This document shows, in pieces, positions 11,026 through 23,235 of a stretch of DNA of 64,000 nt. Under the pieces are notes generated by a model. That model was not told the DNA's origin and ran no database searches. It worked only from the letters and a program-made list of their open reading frames with translations. Position 1 is the first letter of the stretch. Each line of letters begins with the position of its first letter. Position numbers and translations under genes: made by a program. The DNA is taken from NCBI GenBank assembly GCA_039800325.1, contig JBDLQY010000157.1, positions 11,944 to 75,943 on the forward strand. The letters run 5' to 3'. Source of the stretch: Pseudomonadota bacterium (GTDB lineage Bacteria; Pseudomonadota; Gammaproteobacteria; Burkholderiales; Burkholderiaceae_E).

Positions 11026-11640
11026 ATGAGCGCCCCTCAAGATAGCGATCCGGTCCTCGACGATTCGGGGCATTTTCATGCCACCGATGCGCCCATCGAT
11101 CTCAGCGATTACCGCTGGGAAGACTGGCTGACGCTCTTGTTTTTCTGGTCGCTTGCGCTCACCGTGTTCTATCAGTTCTTTACGCGTTATGTACTGAACG
11201 ATTCAGCCGCCTGGACCGAAGAAATCGCGCGCTACCTGCTGATCGTAGTCACCTTTCTGGGCGCCTCGATGGGGGCGCGGCGCAATACGCATATCCACGT
11301 CGAATTTGTTTACCGCTACCTGCCCCGCATGGTGGGGCGGGTCTTGTCCACGGCGGTCGACGTCATCCGGGTGCTATTTCTGGCTTACGCCAGCTGGCTG
11401 GCGATCGCTCTGGTGCCGCGCATGGCCAACCTCAGCATGACGGTGGTCGACTTATCTATGCAGTATGTTTATGCGCTCGTGGCCGCAGGCTTTGTGCTGA
11501 TGACCTGGCGCTCTTTAGGACTTGCCATCATCAATTGGCGACGCGGCTGGAGTCTGCTTGAACGTCCCAGTGGCGATGACGAACCGACTGCATCCGAGGC
11601 CGGCGCTCGAGCCCAGTCCGCATCGGGGGCCCTGAAATGA
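11026..11640 (+). CDS. TRAP transporter small permease DctQ family
   Basis: Four predicted TM helices. It lies between the DctP and DctM genes, and its stop overlaps the dctM start (ATGA at 11637-11640). Start could be GTG 10999 or ATG 11026. Confidence 0.8.
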   Translation: MSAPQDSDPVLDDSGHFHATDAPIDLSDYRWEDWLTLLFFWSLALTVFYQFFTRYVLNDSAAWTEEIARYLLIVVTFLGASMGARRNTHIHVEFVYRYLPRMVGRVLSTAVDVIRVLFLAYASWLAIALVPRMANLSMTVVDLSMQYVYALVAAGFVLMTWRSLGLAIINWRRGWSLLERPSGDDEPTASEAGARAQSASGALK

Positions 11641-13043
11641 ACAGCCTGTTTTTCGGATCGTTTCTAGCCGCCATGGCCACCGGCATTCCCATTGCCATCG
11701 CCATGGCGCTGGGTTCGCTCGTCTACATCTGGATCAGCGGCACCATACCGCCGCTGACGGTCATCCATCGCATGGTGGGCGGGGTCGACAGCTTTCCGCT
11801 GCTGGCCGTGCCATTTTTTATTCTGGCCGGCAACCTCATGAACTCGGCTGGTATCACCAATCGCATCTACAACTTTGCTCTGGCCCTGGTGGGTTGGCTT
11901 AAGGGCGGACTTGGCCATGTGAATGTGGTGGGTTCAGTCATTTTTTCGGGTATGTCAGGTACCGCAGTGGCTGATGCGGGTGGCTTGGGCACCATCGAAA
12001 TCAAGGCCATGAAAGATCATGGCTACCCCACTGAGTTCGCGGTGGGAATCACGGCCGCCTCGGCCACGCTTGGACCCATCATTCCGCCATCATTGCCCAT
12101 GGTGATTTACGGCGTGCAGGCTAACGCGTCCATCGGTAAGCTCTTTGCGGCCGGGTTTCTGCCCGGGGCGGTCATGGCGGTATTCATGATGTGCATGGTG
12201 GCGTGGTACGCCCACGTGCGCAAATACGGGGCCGACATCGCTTTTTCATGGACCCGTATGGGCCGTGCGTTTGTCGAACTGGCGGCGGTCATCATGGCCG
12301 CGGTGGTGCTCTTTTATCTGTGGGGCAATCAAGAGCTCAGCGGCCTGATGAAGTTTGGTATTCCGCTCGCGGTCGTGCTGGTGGTTGACCGCCTGATGCG
12401 GTTCGAAGCCTTTATGGCGTTGCTTACGCCCGTCATCCTCATTGGTGGCATGGCCTCGGGGCTGTTCACGCCGACAGAAGCGGCAGTGGCTGCGGTGGCT
12501 TGGGCGCTGTTTCTGGGTTTTGTCTGGTATCGCACTCTCAATATTCGTATGCTGGTCAAGATCTCGATGGACACCATCGAGACGACCTCTACGGTGCTGT
12601 TCATCGTCGCCGCAGCATCAATCTTCGCGTGGGTGCTCACCACCACTCAGGTCACCGAGCAAATTGCGCAGTGGGTGCTGTCCATCAGCAGCAGCCCCTG
12701 GGTATTTTTGTTGCTGGCTAATGTATTTCTACTGTTTGTGGGCTGCTTCATGGAAACCATTGCAGCCATCACTATTCTGGTGCCCGTATTCATGCCTATC
12801 ATCAACAAGCTGGGCATTGATCCGGTTCATTTCGGCTTGGTTATGGTGCTTAATCTCATGATCGGATTGCTGACGCCCCCAGTCGGTATGGTTATCTTTG
12901 TGCTGGCCAAGGTATCGCGGCTGTCGTTTGAGCGCACTGTGATAGCCATCATGCCCTGGACCATTCCGCTGTTCGCCACGCTTATTCTCATCACCTTCGT
13001 GCCACAGATCGTTCTGTGGTTGCCAAACCTTTTGTACCCCTGA
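11637..13043 (+). CDS. TRAP transporter large permease DctM family
   Basis: 468 aa, polytopic and DctM-like throughout (e.g. SGMSGTAVADAG). Confidence 0.9.
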   Translation: MNSLFFGSFLAAMATGIPIAIAMALGSLVYIWISGTIPPLTVIHRMVGGVDSFPLLAVPFFILAGNLMNSAGITNRIYNFALALVGWLKGGLGHVNVVGSVIFSGMSGTAVADAGGLGTIEIKAMKDHGYPTEFAVGITAASATLGPIIPPSLPMVIYGVQANASIGKLFAAGFLPGAVMAVFMMCMVAWYAHVRKYGADIAFSWTRMGRAFVELAAVIMAAVVLFYLWGNQELSGLMKFGIPLAVVLVVDRLMRFEAFMALLTPVILIGGMASGLFTPTEAAVAAVAWALFLGFVWYRTLNIRMLVKISMDTIETTSTVLFIVAAASIFAWVLTTTQVTEQIAQWVLSISSSPWVFLLLANVFLLFVGCFMETIAAITILVPVFMPIINKLGIDPVHFGLVMVLNLMIGLLTPPVGMVIFVLAKVSRLSFERTVIAIMPWTIPLFATLILITFVPQIVLWLPNLLYP

Positions 13044-13058
13044 CAAACCGCGCCCACC

Positions 13059-14594
13059 ATGACTCAGCCTGTTTCGCTTATTCGCCGCCCCACGCTTCGC
13101 CTCAGTCCGTACGATGATGTCGTCATCGCCGCTCGCCCTTTGTCGGCGGGTACGCGGGTTGATGATGAAGGCGTCAGTTGTAGCGTCGCCATTCCCGCAG
13201 GTCACAAACTTGCGGTACGAGCCGTCGCCAAAGGTAAGCCTGTCAAGCGTTACAACCAGATCATCGGCTTTGCCACCGCCGATATCGTGCCGGGCGACCA
13301 TGTGCACACGCACAACCTGGCGTTTGAAATGTTCGAACGCGACTACGCGGTGGGTGTTGACCTTCGCACCACTGAGAAGCCTGCTGCGCAAGCCAGTTTT
13401 TTGGGTATTCGGCGCGCTGACGGGCGCGTGGCCACCCGCAATTACATCGGCGTGCTGTCCACCGTCAACTGCTCCGCGTCGGTGTCCAAGTATGTGGCCC
13501 AGCACTTCACGCCCGAGGCGCTGCGCGACTATCCCAACGTCGACGGTGTGGTGCCCATCGTGCACTCATCGGGCTGTGGCATGGATACCAACGGCGTGGG
13601 CATCGATGTGCTGCAGCGAACCATCGCAGGCTACGCGCGGCATGCGAATTTCGCTGGTATTGTCATTATCGGCCTGGGCTGTGAAGCTAACCAGATGGAT
13701 GCGCTCTTCCAGGCTCAGGGTCTGGGCGAGGGTACCCTGCTCAAGCCCCTGGTTATCCAGACCAGCGGTGGTACGCGCAAGACCGTCGAGGCTGGCATTG
13801 AGGCGGTCAAGTCCATGTTGCCTAAGGCCAATCAGGTTAAGCGCGAACCGTTACCTGCCAGCCACATCACCATCGGGCTGCAGTGCGGAGGGTCTGACGG
13901 CTATTCGGGCATTACCGCCAATCCGGCGCTTGGCGCGGCCTGTGATCTGCTGGTGGCCCATGGCGGAACCGTCATTCTGTCTGAGACCCCAGAAATTTAC
14001 GGCGCTGAGCATCTGCTAACCCGTCGCGCGGTTTCGCAGACTGTGGCCGACAAGCTCATCGCCCGTATCCGCTGGTGGGAAGCCTATACGGCTAAGAACG
14101 AGGGCAGCATGGACAACAACCCCTCGCCGGGAAATAAGGCGGGCGGTCTGACCACCATTCTTGAAAAGTCGCTGGGCGCAGTCGCCAAGGCTGGAACCAG
14201 TAATCTCTCTGATGTCTTTGAATATGCCCAGCCGGTCACCAGCAAGGGTTTCGTCTTTATGGACACGCCAGGTTATGACCCGGTATCGGCCACCGGGCAG
14301 GTTGCGGGCGGCGCCAATCTTATCTGCTTCACGACGGGGCGGGGCTCGGTGTACGGCTGTAAACCAGCGCCCTCGATCAAGCTGGCGACCAACAGCGCAC
14401 TCTACGAGCGCATGACGGAAGATATGGACGTCAACTGCGGGCCCATTATTGACGGCAGCGTCAGCGTACAAGAGAAGGGCCGCGAAATCTTTGAACTTAT
14501 TTTGCGGGTGGCCAGCGGCGAGGCGACCAAGAGCGAGGCTCTGGGTATGGGCAATGATGAGTTCGTGCCCTGGCAGCTGGGCGCGGTCATGTGA
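13059..14594 (+). CDS. UxaA family sugar-acid dehydratase (altronate dehydratase-like)
   Basis: 511 aa with an N-terminal SAF-like segment, followed by VLSTVNCSAS and HSSGCG cysteine motifs typical of the UxaA/GarD family. Confidence 0.85.
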   Translation: MTQPVSLIRRPTLRLSPYDDVVIAARPLSAGTRVDDEGVSCSVAIPAGHKLAVRAVAKGKPVKRYNQIIGFATADIVPGDHVHTHNLAFEMFERDYAVGVDLRTTEKPAAQASFLGIRRADGRVATRNYIGVLSTVNCSASVSKYVAQHFTPEALRDYPNVDGVVPIVHSSGCGMDTNGVGIDVLQRTIAGYARHANFAGIVIIGLGCEANQMDALFQAQGLGEGTLLKPLVIQTSGGTRKTVEAGIEAVKSMLPKANQVKREPLPASHITIGLQCGGSDGYSGITANPALGAACDLLVAHGGTVILSETPEIYGAEHLLTRRAVSQTVADKLIARIRWWEAYTAKNEGSMDNNPSPGNKAGGLTTILEKSLGAVAKAGTSNLSDVFEYAQPVTSKGFVFMDTPGYDPVSATGQVAGGANLICFTTGRGSVYGCKPAPSIKLATNSALYERMTEDMDVNCGPIIDGSVSVQEKGREIFELILRVASGEATKSEALGMGNDEFVPWQLGAVM

Positions 14595-14718
14595 GACCAC
14601 AGATGTAAGCCAATTGTGATCCATGTCACGGGCCAAATATAGCCTGTGACGAAAGCCGCAGTGTGGCGGCGCGTGCTTGGCGATACTGGTCTTTTCGTGT
14701 TCACAACGGGAGACCATC

Positions 14719-15048
14719 ATGACGCTCGAAGCTCAGCTCGCAACCCACGACGTGTCCGACGATGAGCCAGCGATGCCCAATCAGGGCTCTGATCACGAGC
14801 AGTCCCTGCCTGACTCGCTGCTCTTGATCGTTGACCCCAGTTTGGCGCTAGAGGCGGCGCGCCGCATGGAAGCCAACTGTCGTAACGGATTACGTTTCTT
14901 CAGCGACTTTCGCCGCGTACGCCCGCTTGACAGCTTTGTGCTTGATGAAGACGGCGAAACACTTGAGGGCACCGACGATGCCCTTGAGTTTGAACCACTC
15001 GAAGACCGGTTTAATCCACGCTTTGACCCGGCCCTGTCACGCCGTTAA
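14719..15048 (+). CDS. Hypothetical acidic protein
   Basis: ATG at 14719 is preceded by GGGAGA. 109 aa, Asp/Glu-rich (DEDGETLEGTDDALEFEPLEDRF); no recognisable domain. Confidence 0.4.
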   Translation: MTLEAQLATHDVSDDEPAMPNQGSDHEQSLPDSLLLIVDPSLALEAARRMEANCRNGLRFFSDFRRVRPLDSFVLDEDGETLEGTDDALEFEPLEDRFNPRFDPALSRR

Positions 15049-15098
15049 TGTGTCCAGGCACCACGAGCCCGGTTATCAGGGCGTCAGATAGCCCTCGT

Positions 15099-17443
<2,345 letters not shown>

Positions 17444-17452
17444 TTAAGCCGC

Positions 17453-17713
17453 TTACTGCAGGGGCGCCACCCTGACGGTACGGCGGCGCTCGACACCCTT
17501 CACCATAAACTCAACCTTGCCAGGAATGAGTGCAAACAGGGTGTGATCGCGGCCAATACCGACGTTTTCGCCTGGATGGAACTGGGTTCCGCGCTGGCGA
17601 ACGATGATAGAGCCGGCCGTGACAGTTTCGCCGCCGTAGGCCTTGACACCCAGCATTTTGGGTTGCGAATCACGACCGTTGCGCGTAGAGCCGCCGCCTT
17701 TTTTCTGTGCCAT
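17453..17713 (-). CDS. rpmA: 50S ribosomal protein L27
   Basis: [24 protein letters not shown]..., 86 aa. Confidence 0.97.
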   Translation of the reverse strand: MAQKKGGGSTRNGRDSQPKMLGVKAYGGETVTAGSIIVRQRGTQFHPGENVGIGRDHTLFALIPGKVEFMVKGVERRRTVRVAPLQ

Positions 17714-17719
17714 GTGGGA

Positions 17720-18076
17720 TTACTCCTGAGCAGCTGCGGGAGCCGGCGCAGTGCTTTCGCCCAATGCCGACGCAATACGGCTCACCAGAATTTCAGTGTA
17801 GTTCTGGCGATGACCCTGCCGCTTCTGGTAGTGCTTGCGACGGCGCATCTTGAAAATACGAACTTTGTCGTGACGACCGTGAGAGAGCACCTTCGCTGAC
17901 ACACTAGCCCCGGCCACCAGAGGCACGCCGACCGAAATTTGGTCGCCACTGCCCACCGCGAGAACCTGGTCGATGGTGATTTCAGCTCCGATGTCCGCCG
18001 GTATCTGTTCTACCTTGATTTTGTCGCCGGCGACAACTTTGTACTGCTTGCCTCCGGTTTTTATAACCGCGTACAT
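17720..18076 (-). CDS. rplU: 50S ribosomal protein L21
   Basis: ATG at 18076 gives [24 protein letters not shown]...[14 protein letters not shown]. The track ORF start at 18139 is over-extended. Confidence 0.95.
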   Translation of the reverse strand: MYAVIKTGGKQYKVVAGDKIKVEQIPADIGAEITIDQVLAVGSGDQISVGVPLVAGASVSAKVLSHGRHDKVRIFKMRRRKHYQKRQGHRQNYTEILVSRIASALGESTAPAPAAAQE

Positions 18077-18190
18077 GGACAAACCTTTAATGATTGGGAG
18101 AGAACCGCACATTATGTCGATTTTTGGCTGCAGCGTCAAAGATAAGGACGGATGAGCGCCCGAACCGTATAATCAGCGCAGAAACTTCCC

Positions 18191-19183
18191 ATGCTTATGA
18201 AACCGTCCGAACTTTTTCCGGCACTGGCGGCCGAACTGGCAGACACCGACCGTGTCATTCGCGATAGTCTGCGCTCGGACGTGGCCTTGATCAATGCGGT
18301 GTCCGATTACATCATCGGCGCGGGCGGCAAGCGTCTGCGCCCGGTTCTGCTGCTGCTAACCGCGCGGGCCATGGGCTATGGCGATGACGCCCGCCACCAC
18401 CATCAACTCGCGGCGGTCATCGAATTCATTCATACGGCCACGTTGCTGCATGATGATGTGGTTGATGAGTCAGAGCTCAGGCGCGGGCGTAAAACGGCCA
18501 ATTCGGCCTTCGGCAACCCCGCTTCAGTGCTGGTTGGCGATTTTCTGTATTCGCGGGCTTTTCAGATGATGGTGGGCATCAACGACATGCGTGTCATGCG
18601 TGTGTTGGCTGACGCTACCAATGTCATCGCTGAAGGCGAAGTCTTGCAGCTGATGAATTGCAATGACCCCGACACCGATGAAGCCCGCTACCTTCAGGTT
18701 ATCCGCTTTAAAACGGCGCGACTATTTGAGGCAGCCTCTCATCTGGGTGCGCTGCTGGCCCGGGCAACGCCCGAGGCCGAGGCTGCGGCTGCAGCCTTCG
18801 GACGGCATCTGGGTACGGCCTTTCAGCTGATCGATGATGTGCTCGACTATGAGGGCAGCACCTCTGATATCGGCAAGAATATTGGCGATGATCTGCGCGA
18901 AGGCAAGCCCACGCTGCCCCTCATCCATGTATTGGCCAAGGGTGACGAGGCCGAGCGCAGCCTCGTGCGCCGGGCTATTGAGCAGGCCGACGGCAACGCT
19001 TTCGCAGACGTCATGCAGGCCATTCGACGCACGGGCGCTCTGCAGTACACGCGGCAGATGGCCAGCCGGGAAGCCGGGCTGGCACGTACGGCTCTTGACG
19101 GCATGCTCACAAACGCTACGGCCCCGCAGTATGGCGAGGCCCTGCACCAACTCACGCGCTACGCGATTGAGCGGGTGCAGTAG
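18191..19183 (+). CDS. ispB: Octaprenyl-diphosphate synthase (trans-polyprenyl diphosphate synthase)
   Basis: Two DDxxD motifs (LLHDDVVDESELRRG and FQLIDDVLDY). It is divergent from rplU, as in many proteobacteria. Confidence 0.9.
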   Translation: MLMKPSELFPALAAELADTDRVIRDSLRSDVALINAVSDYIIGAGGKRLRPVLLLLTARAMGYGDDARHHHQLAAVIEFIHTATLLHDDVVDESELRRGRKTANSAFGNPASVLVGDFLYSRAFQMMVGINDMRVMRVLADATNVIAEGEVLQLMNCNDPDTDEARYLQVIRFKTARLFEAASHLGALLARATPEAEAAAAAFGRHLGTAFQLIDDVLDYEGSTSDIGKNIGDDLREGKPTLPLIHVLAKGDEAERSLVRRAIEQADGNAFADVMQAIRRTGALQYTRQMASREAGLARTALDGMLTNATAPQYGEALHQLTRYAIERVQ

Positions 19184-19192
19184 GCGCCGCGA

Positions 19193-19669
19193 TCAGCGAT
19201 TGATCTGTGGCTGCAGAATGACTGGGCCGGCCGCGGGCGGAGCAATAATGACCGGAGCTGGCTGAGGTCTGCGCAGATCGGTCGTTGAGATCGAGGTGGG
19301 CTGTCTCGGCGGGGATGCCGACGGCCCTGGCCCATACAGCGTTGACAGTTGCGAGAGTAGGGCGGGATTTTCGGACAGCTTGGCCTCAATTACGACGTCA
19401 ATCATGCCAGCCAGGCGAGGGTTATCGGCGCTGCCCATCCAGGCGGCTCTATTGGCCCCGATAAAATTGATTTTGGCCAACGAACACGACTGGGCGTTTT
19501 TCTTGATCCAGTCCTGGGCGCGCGCGTCGCGCTGGTTGGGATCATGGGTTTCAAGCGCAAGGGTTCGGAATTCGGCCACGATGCAGTCGGGTTCGGCCTG
19601 AGCGAGGGCTCGGCCCACGAATGCAACCACTAAGAGGACACGGGGCGCGATAAACCCAAACAATTTCAT
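19193..19669 (-). CDS. Hypothetical secreted protein
   Basis: Signal peptide MKLFGFIAPRVLLVVAFVGRALAQA and a Pro-rich C-terminal tail. No recognisable domain. Confidence 0.5.
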   Translation of the reverse strand: MKLFGFIAPRVLLVVAFVGRALAQAEPDCIVAEFRTLALETHDPNQRDARAQDWIKKNAQSCSLAKINFIGANRAAWMGSADNPRLAGMIDVVIEAKLSENPALLSQLSTLYGPGPSASPPRQPTSISTTDLRRPQPAPVIIAPPAAGPVILQPQINR

Positions 19670-19880
19670 GAGTATGGTCCGAATTGAGCGGAAGTGAGTG
19701 TCTCGATATTTTGGGATCGTCGGATGACGTAGAAACTTAAGCCTTCCCCAAACGATCAGTCAAAGCGAGTTAATACCAATGGGGGCTCGCGAAACGCCTG
19801 CGCCGACGTGCTTAGTCGGTTTAGTGTTACGATTAGTTGCGTTTTCGGGTTAAGTCCTGAGTTACTTTTGGAGGTCTCCT

Positions 19881-22109
19881 ATGCGCAAGTTTATCGGGGT
19901 TTCCTTAGGCGGAGTGATCGCCGCCTTACTTTCAGCGTGCGGTGGTGGCGGTGGGACACCGGCCCAAGCTCCAGGCACAATTGATCTATCAGGGTCAGCC
20001 TATAAAGGCCTGCTCGTTGGCGCAGATGTATCGGCTTACGCACTGGTCAACGGCGTTGCTGCGTCAACTCCGCTTGCGACCACAAAGACAGATGACGTCG
20101 GCGATTACGTGCTGAAGATTCCGCCAACTGCGGGCCCCGTGATTATTGAAGTAAAAGCGAACTCCAACACTCAGATGCTGGCCGAGGATGAGTATGAAGC
20201 CGATGGCCGGCTCAAGAGGCGGCCGGTCGGTGAAATGCCACCGTTACGAGGTTTCGTGCTGAACGACGAAAAAGCTGCTTCGGCGATGGTGTCCATGCAC
20301 AGCGAGTCGGCTGTGCAGATTGCCATGAATTCGTCTACGGACAAAAAGCTTACGTCCGAACTTCTCAATGGTGCCGCTCAGGCAGTCAGGCAGTTGGCGC
20401 CTGTTGATCCGTTCACGGTGAAGCCGCCGGTCCGTTTGTTCACTGGGACGGGTGAGACTGCTGAGGTCGCTAATGCTGACCAGATAAAACTCATGACCTT
20501 TAATGCGGGTTTGCTCAAGGGTGCAGCCTCGCCGACCGGGTGCGCCAAGTCTGCGATCACCTGCGCGATAGAAGGTATGTCCAAGCAGGCTACGGTGGCG
20601 ATCAATGGCTCGAAGGTTACCTTCAACGCGGCAGACGGCAAGCCGCTAGATACCGATGCGTTGCGCACTTTCAATGCCAAGGTGCTGTCCGCCGGTGAAA
20701 CCGCAGTCAGCAGTGCAGTCGACAAGATCAAGACGACCGACCTCGATAGAGTCCTTAGGCGGGTTCAGACCTTTGCCGCAGCAACGGCCACTGAAAACTT
20801 ATCTCGTAACTTTACGACTGAGATTAAGCTGGCTGCTACGACTTCGATCGAGGGCTTTGTCACGGCTTTGAGGGATGGCTTGGTCGCTGCCGAGACGCGC
20901 CTAGAGACCCTGGAAGCGAACCTGGACAGTCGGTATGGCGAGCAGAATTACGGGCGGATCGCCAGTGATGCTGTGAGCAAGATCCAGTATCTCTTCGACA
21001 GTATCAAAGGCCGGTGCAAATTCACTTCGGGTCAACTCTACTGTCCTACGATATCGACCGGTGCAAACCAGATCAAGCCGACCCCAGGTGGTCCCGCCGG
21101 TTCGTACGATTTTCTTCAGAGTCCATCACCAGGGTCTGATTTCACAACGTCCTTGACGGTGATCGGCGAGGGATCTTTTGAGGGCGGGTACACGGTCACC
21201 GCCAAGAAGGGCTCTGTGGTTCTGACGCCTTACAGTTCCTCTTTGAGTACGTCGGCCGCACAGCCGCCTTATGTTGCCAAGGTGGCAGACGTTACTCTGG
21301 TGGTACCGTCTGATAACGACCAGTGGCCCAAGAAAGGAAAAATGAGCGGCGTACTTGAGGTCTTCGATGAGAAAACCTGGAGCAAACCCGACGCGCAATT
21401 CGTTAAGTTTGAGCTTAAGGATATTGATCTTGACATGAGCAGCAGAACCGCTTCCCTTGAGATTTGGCGCGTCAAAGGCGAGCTGGCGGTGTCGACTTCT
21501 TGGGGGGACCGTTTGGCGGGTAGGCTGAACGCGGGTGTTCACACTTTCAAGAGATCGACGCCGTTCTACTCAAATATCTTTGAGGATTACAGTGACGTTG
21601 TTCAGGACCTGAACTTCGGCCTGTTGGCGTCTCAGCGCTCAGAGGGGGTACTCTCGATTGCTGCTTCATTTGACCGTAGTGTTCCGTACGACCCCTTCAA
21701 AGCAGTATCGGCTTCGAACTACGAGGGCGGTGTACTGAATCTGACGCTTGCGGTCAGCGAGCATGTCTCTTTATCGATCGGTCTCGAACGTCCAACCTAC
21801 GAAGTCTTTAAGGCAACGATCGACATTAACGCTTCGGGCAATAAGGCGTCGCTGTCGGCGACCACAAGCGCGCCAGAGCGCTTTCCTGCGATTCGCCCCT
21901 CAAATCGTTGGTGCATCGATGCTGGCCCGGGCTATGTAGCCTGCACCGATAAGATGTCCATGAAGTCGGGCGACGGGTTGTACACGGGAACGCTTACCCG
22001 CGCCGGCGGCAAGACTCAAGGCGAAATCAAAAATGCACAAGGCGTTGTCGTCGGGAAGATCAAAGACGGCGTAGTTGAGATCGACGGAACTTATTATTCC
22101 TTGCTCTAG
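19881..22109 (+). CDS. Large hypothetical lipoprotein
   Basis: Lipobox LLSAC followed by GGGGG. The N-terminal segment is reminiscent of a carboxypeptidase-regulatory-like fold (GLLVGADVSAYALVNG...TDDVGDYVLKIP). 742 aa, with lower GC by eye. Confidence 0.7.
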   Translation: MRKFIGVSLGGVIAALLSACGGGGGTPAQAPGTIDLSGSAYKGLLVGADVSAYALVNGVAASTPLATTKTDDVGDYVLKIPPTAGPVIIEVKANSNTQMLAEDEYEADGRLKRRPVGEMPPLRGFVLNDEKAASAMVSMHSESAVQIAMNSSTDKKLTSELLNGAAQAVRQLAPVDPFTVKPPVRLFTGTGETAEVANADQIKLMTFNAGLLKGAASPTGCAKSAITCAIEGMSKQATVAINGSKVTFNAADGKPLDTDALRTFNAKVLSAGETAVSSAVDKIKTTDLDRVLRRVQTFAAATATENLSRNFTTEIKLAATTSIEGFVTALRDGLVAAETRLETLEANLDSRYGEQNYGRIASDAVSKIQYLFDSIKGRCKFTSGQLYCPTISTGANQIKPTPGGPAGSYDFLQSPSPGSDFTTSLTVIGEGSFEGGYTVTAKKGSVVLTPYSSSLSTSAAQPPYVAKVADVTLVVPSDNDQWPKKGKMSGVLEVFDEKTWSKPDAQFVKFELKDIDLDMSSRTASLEIWRVKGELAVSTSWGDRLAGRLNAGVHTFKRSTPFYSNIFEDYSDVVQDLNFGLLASQRSEGVLSIAASFDRSVPYDPFKAVSASNYEGGVLNLTLAVSEHVSLSIGLERPTYEVFKATIDINASGNKASLSATTSAPERFPAIRPSNRWCIDAGPGYVACTDKMSMKSGDGLYTGTLTRAGGKTQGEIKNAQGVVVGKIKDGVVEIDGTYYSLL

Positions 22110-22113
22110 TCTT

Positions 22114-23214
22114 TTGGCCGGATGCCGCCAGTATGCCTGCAGAGGCGTGCTGGCGGTTTCGTCAGGGCTTTTAATTTCCGTGAACTCACTGGCGCAGCCG
22201 TTGAGTTCCTGGTCGCTTTCTCACAAAACCGAGGCCCATAGCACCCGTGGCTTGATTGATGCCAAGCACTGGTTAGGTCACGGGCTTCGAGAGTCACCGC
22301 AGAATGTGTGGGCCGCCTATCGTAGTGAAACGGCACTCTCGGCCGCTGTCACAGAATTTAAGCCCCTAACGCTCTCAGTCAGCGCCCATCGAGAAGCTAA
22401 TTTCTCGGGCAACGGCAATGTACTGTACGTTGCGGCGCGCGCCGAAAAAGAGGGTACTGTCGAGTACGACAAGCCGGGCGTTTTCGCTGGCCAGGGGCGT
22501 TTTTTCGATCTCGACGCGACCCGTATTCAACTCTCTGGACGGCGAGAGTTGCCTTTGCAGGGTGCTTGGCTGAGTCTGGCCGGGTATTTCGATCTGGTGC
22601 GTGAATTTCAGACGGGCTCAGTCGATGCTTTGCTCGAGACGCAGGGTACTCAGAGTTCACTGAGGGGGACACTGAACCGAATTGGTACGCGTTCCTACGG
22701 ACCGCTTGAACGGGATAGGCCCGACGAAGGCTACGGGTTCGGCCTGAACCTTGACGCTGGCATGCAGGTTCCAGGGGGGGCGGTGACGCTTGGCGTGAAT
22801 AACGTACTTTCACGGCTACGGTTCGACAGTATTCATTACTCAGAGCGCCGTTATCAGGTTGTCGAAAAAAATGGCCGCCTCATACCGGGTGAGCTACCCG
22901 CTCTGACAGGCCGTTATGGCGTCACTTCTAAAACGCTTTCAATGCCCAGGCACTGGTCGCTATCCTTCGCGCCAGAGAAACTACCCGGTTTAAATCTGAC
23001 CCTTCTCGGACTCGGCAATCAGACTGCAGCCGCGGTTCGGCAGTCAATGACGTTTCTGTCGACCACTGCGTGGATTCAGACAGTGAATGGTCAGAATCTT
23101 AGTCTTGGCCTGTCCCACCGTTGGGGTGATAGAGCAGAGGCCGGTATAGCAGTAACAGCCAACCGGACCGACCAACCGCTGCTCTCTATGCTGACGCTCG
23201 GGCTGCGATGGTGA
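22114..23214 (+). CDS. Hypothetical outer-membrane beta-barrel-like protein (start uncertain)
   Basis: The frame is open from 22075 and overlaps the upstream stop. There is no in-frame ATG for about 200 codons, so a TTG (22075 or 22114) or GTG (22147) start is required. It has a signal-like LAVSSGLLISVNSLAQP, alternating-polarity strands and ends ...LTLGLRW (aromatic C-terminus). Confidence 0.45.
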   Translation: MAGCRQYACRGVLAVSSGLLISVNSLAQPLSSWSLSHKTEAHSTRGLIDAKHWLGHGLRESPQNVWAAYRSETALSAAVTEFKPLTLSVSAHREANFSGNGNVLYVAARAEKEGTVEYDKPGVFAGQGRFFDLDATRIQLSGRRELPLQGAWLSLAGYFDLVREFQTGSVDALLETQGTQSSLRGTLNRIGTRSYGPLERDRPDEGYGFGLNLDAGMQVPGGAVTLGVNNVLSRLRFDSIHYSERRYQVVEKNGRLIPGELPALTGRYGVTSKTLSMPRHWSLSFAPEKLPGLNLTLLGLGNQTAAAVRQSMTFLSTTAWIQTVNGQNLSLGLSHRWGDRAEAGIAVTANRTDQPLLSMLTLGLRW

Positions 23215-23235
23215 TTTATATCGTGCAGCCCCGCC

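Noticed and set aside
12729-13565. 278-aa minus-strand ORF spanning the dctM/uxaA junction
   Set aside because: It lies antisense to two strongly supported genes and is rich in His, Arg and Gly with low complexity.
14016-14720. 234-aa minus-strand ORF
   Set aside because: It lies antisense to the UxaA-family dehydratase 3' half.
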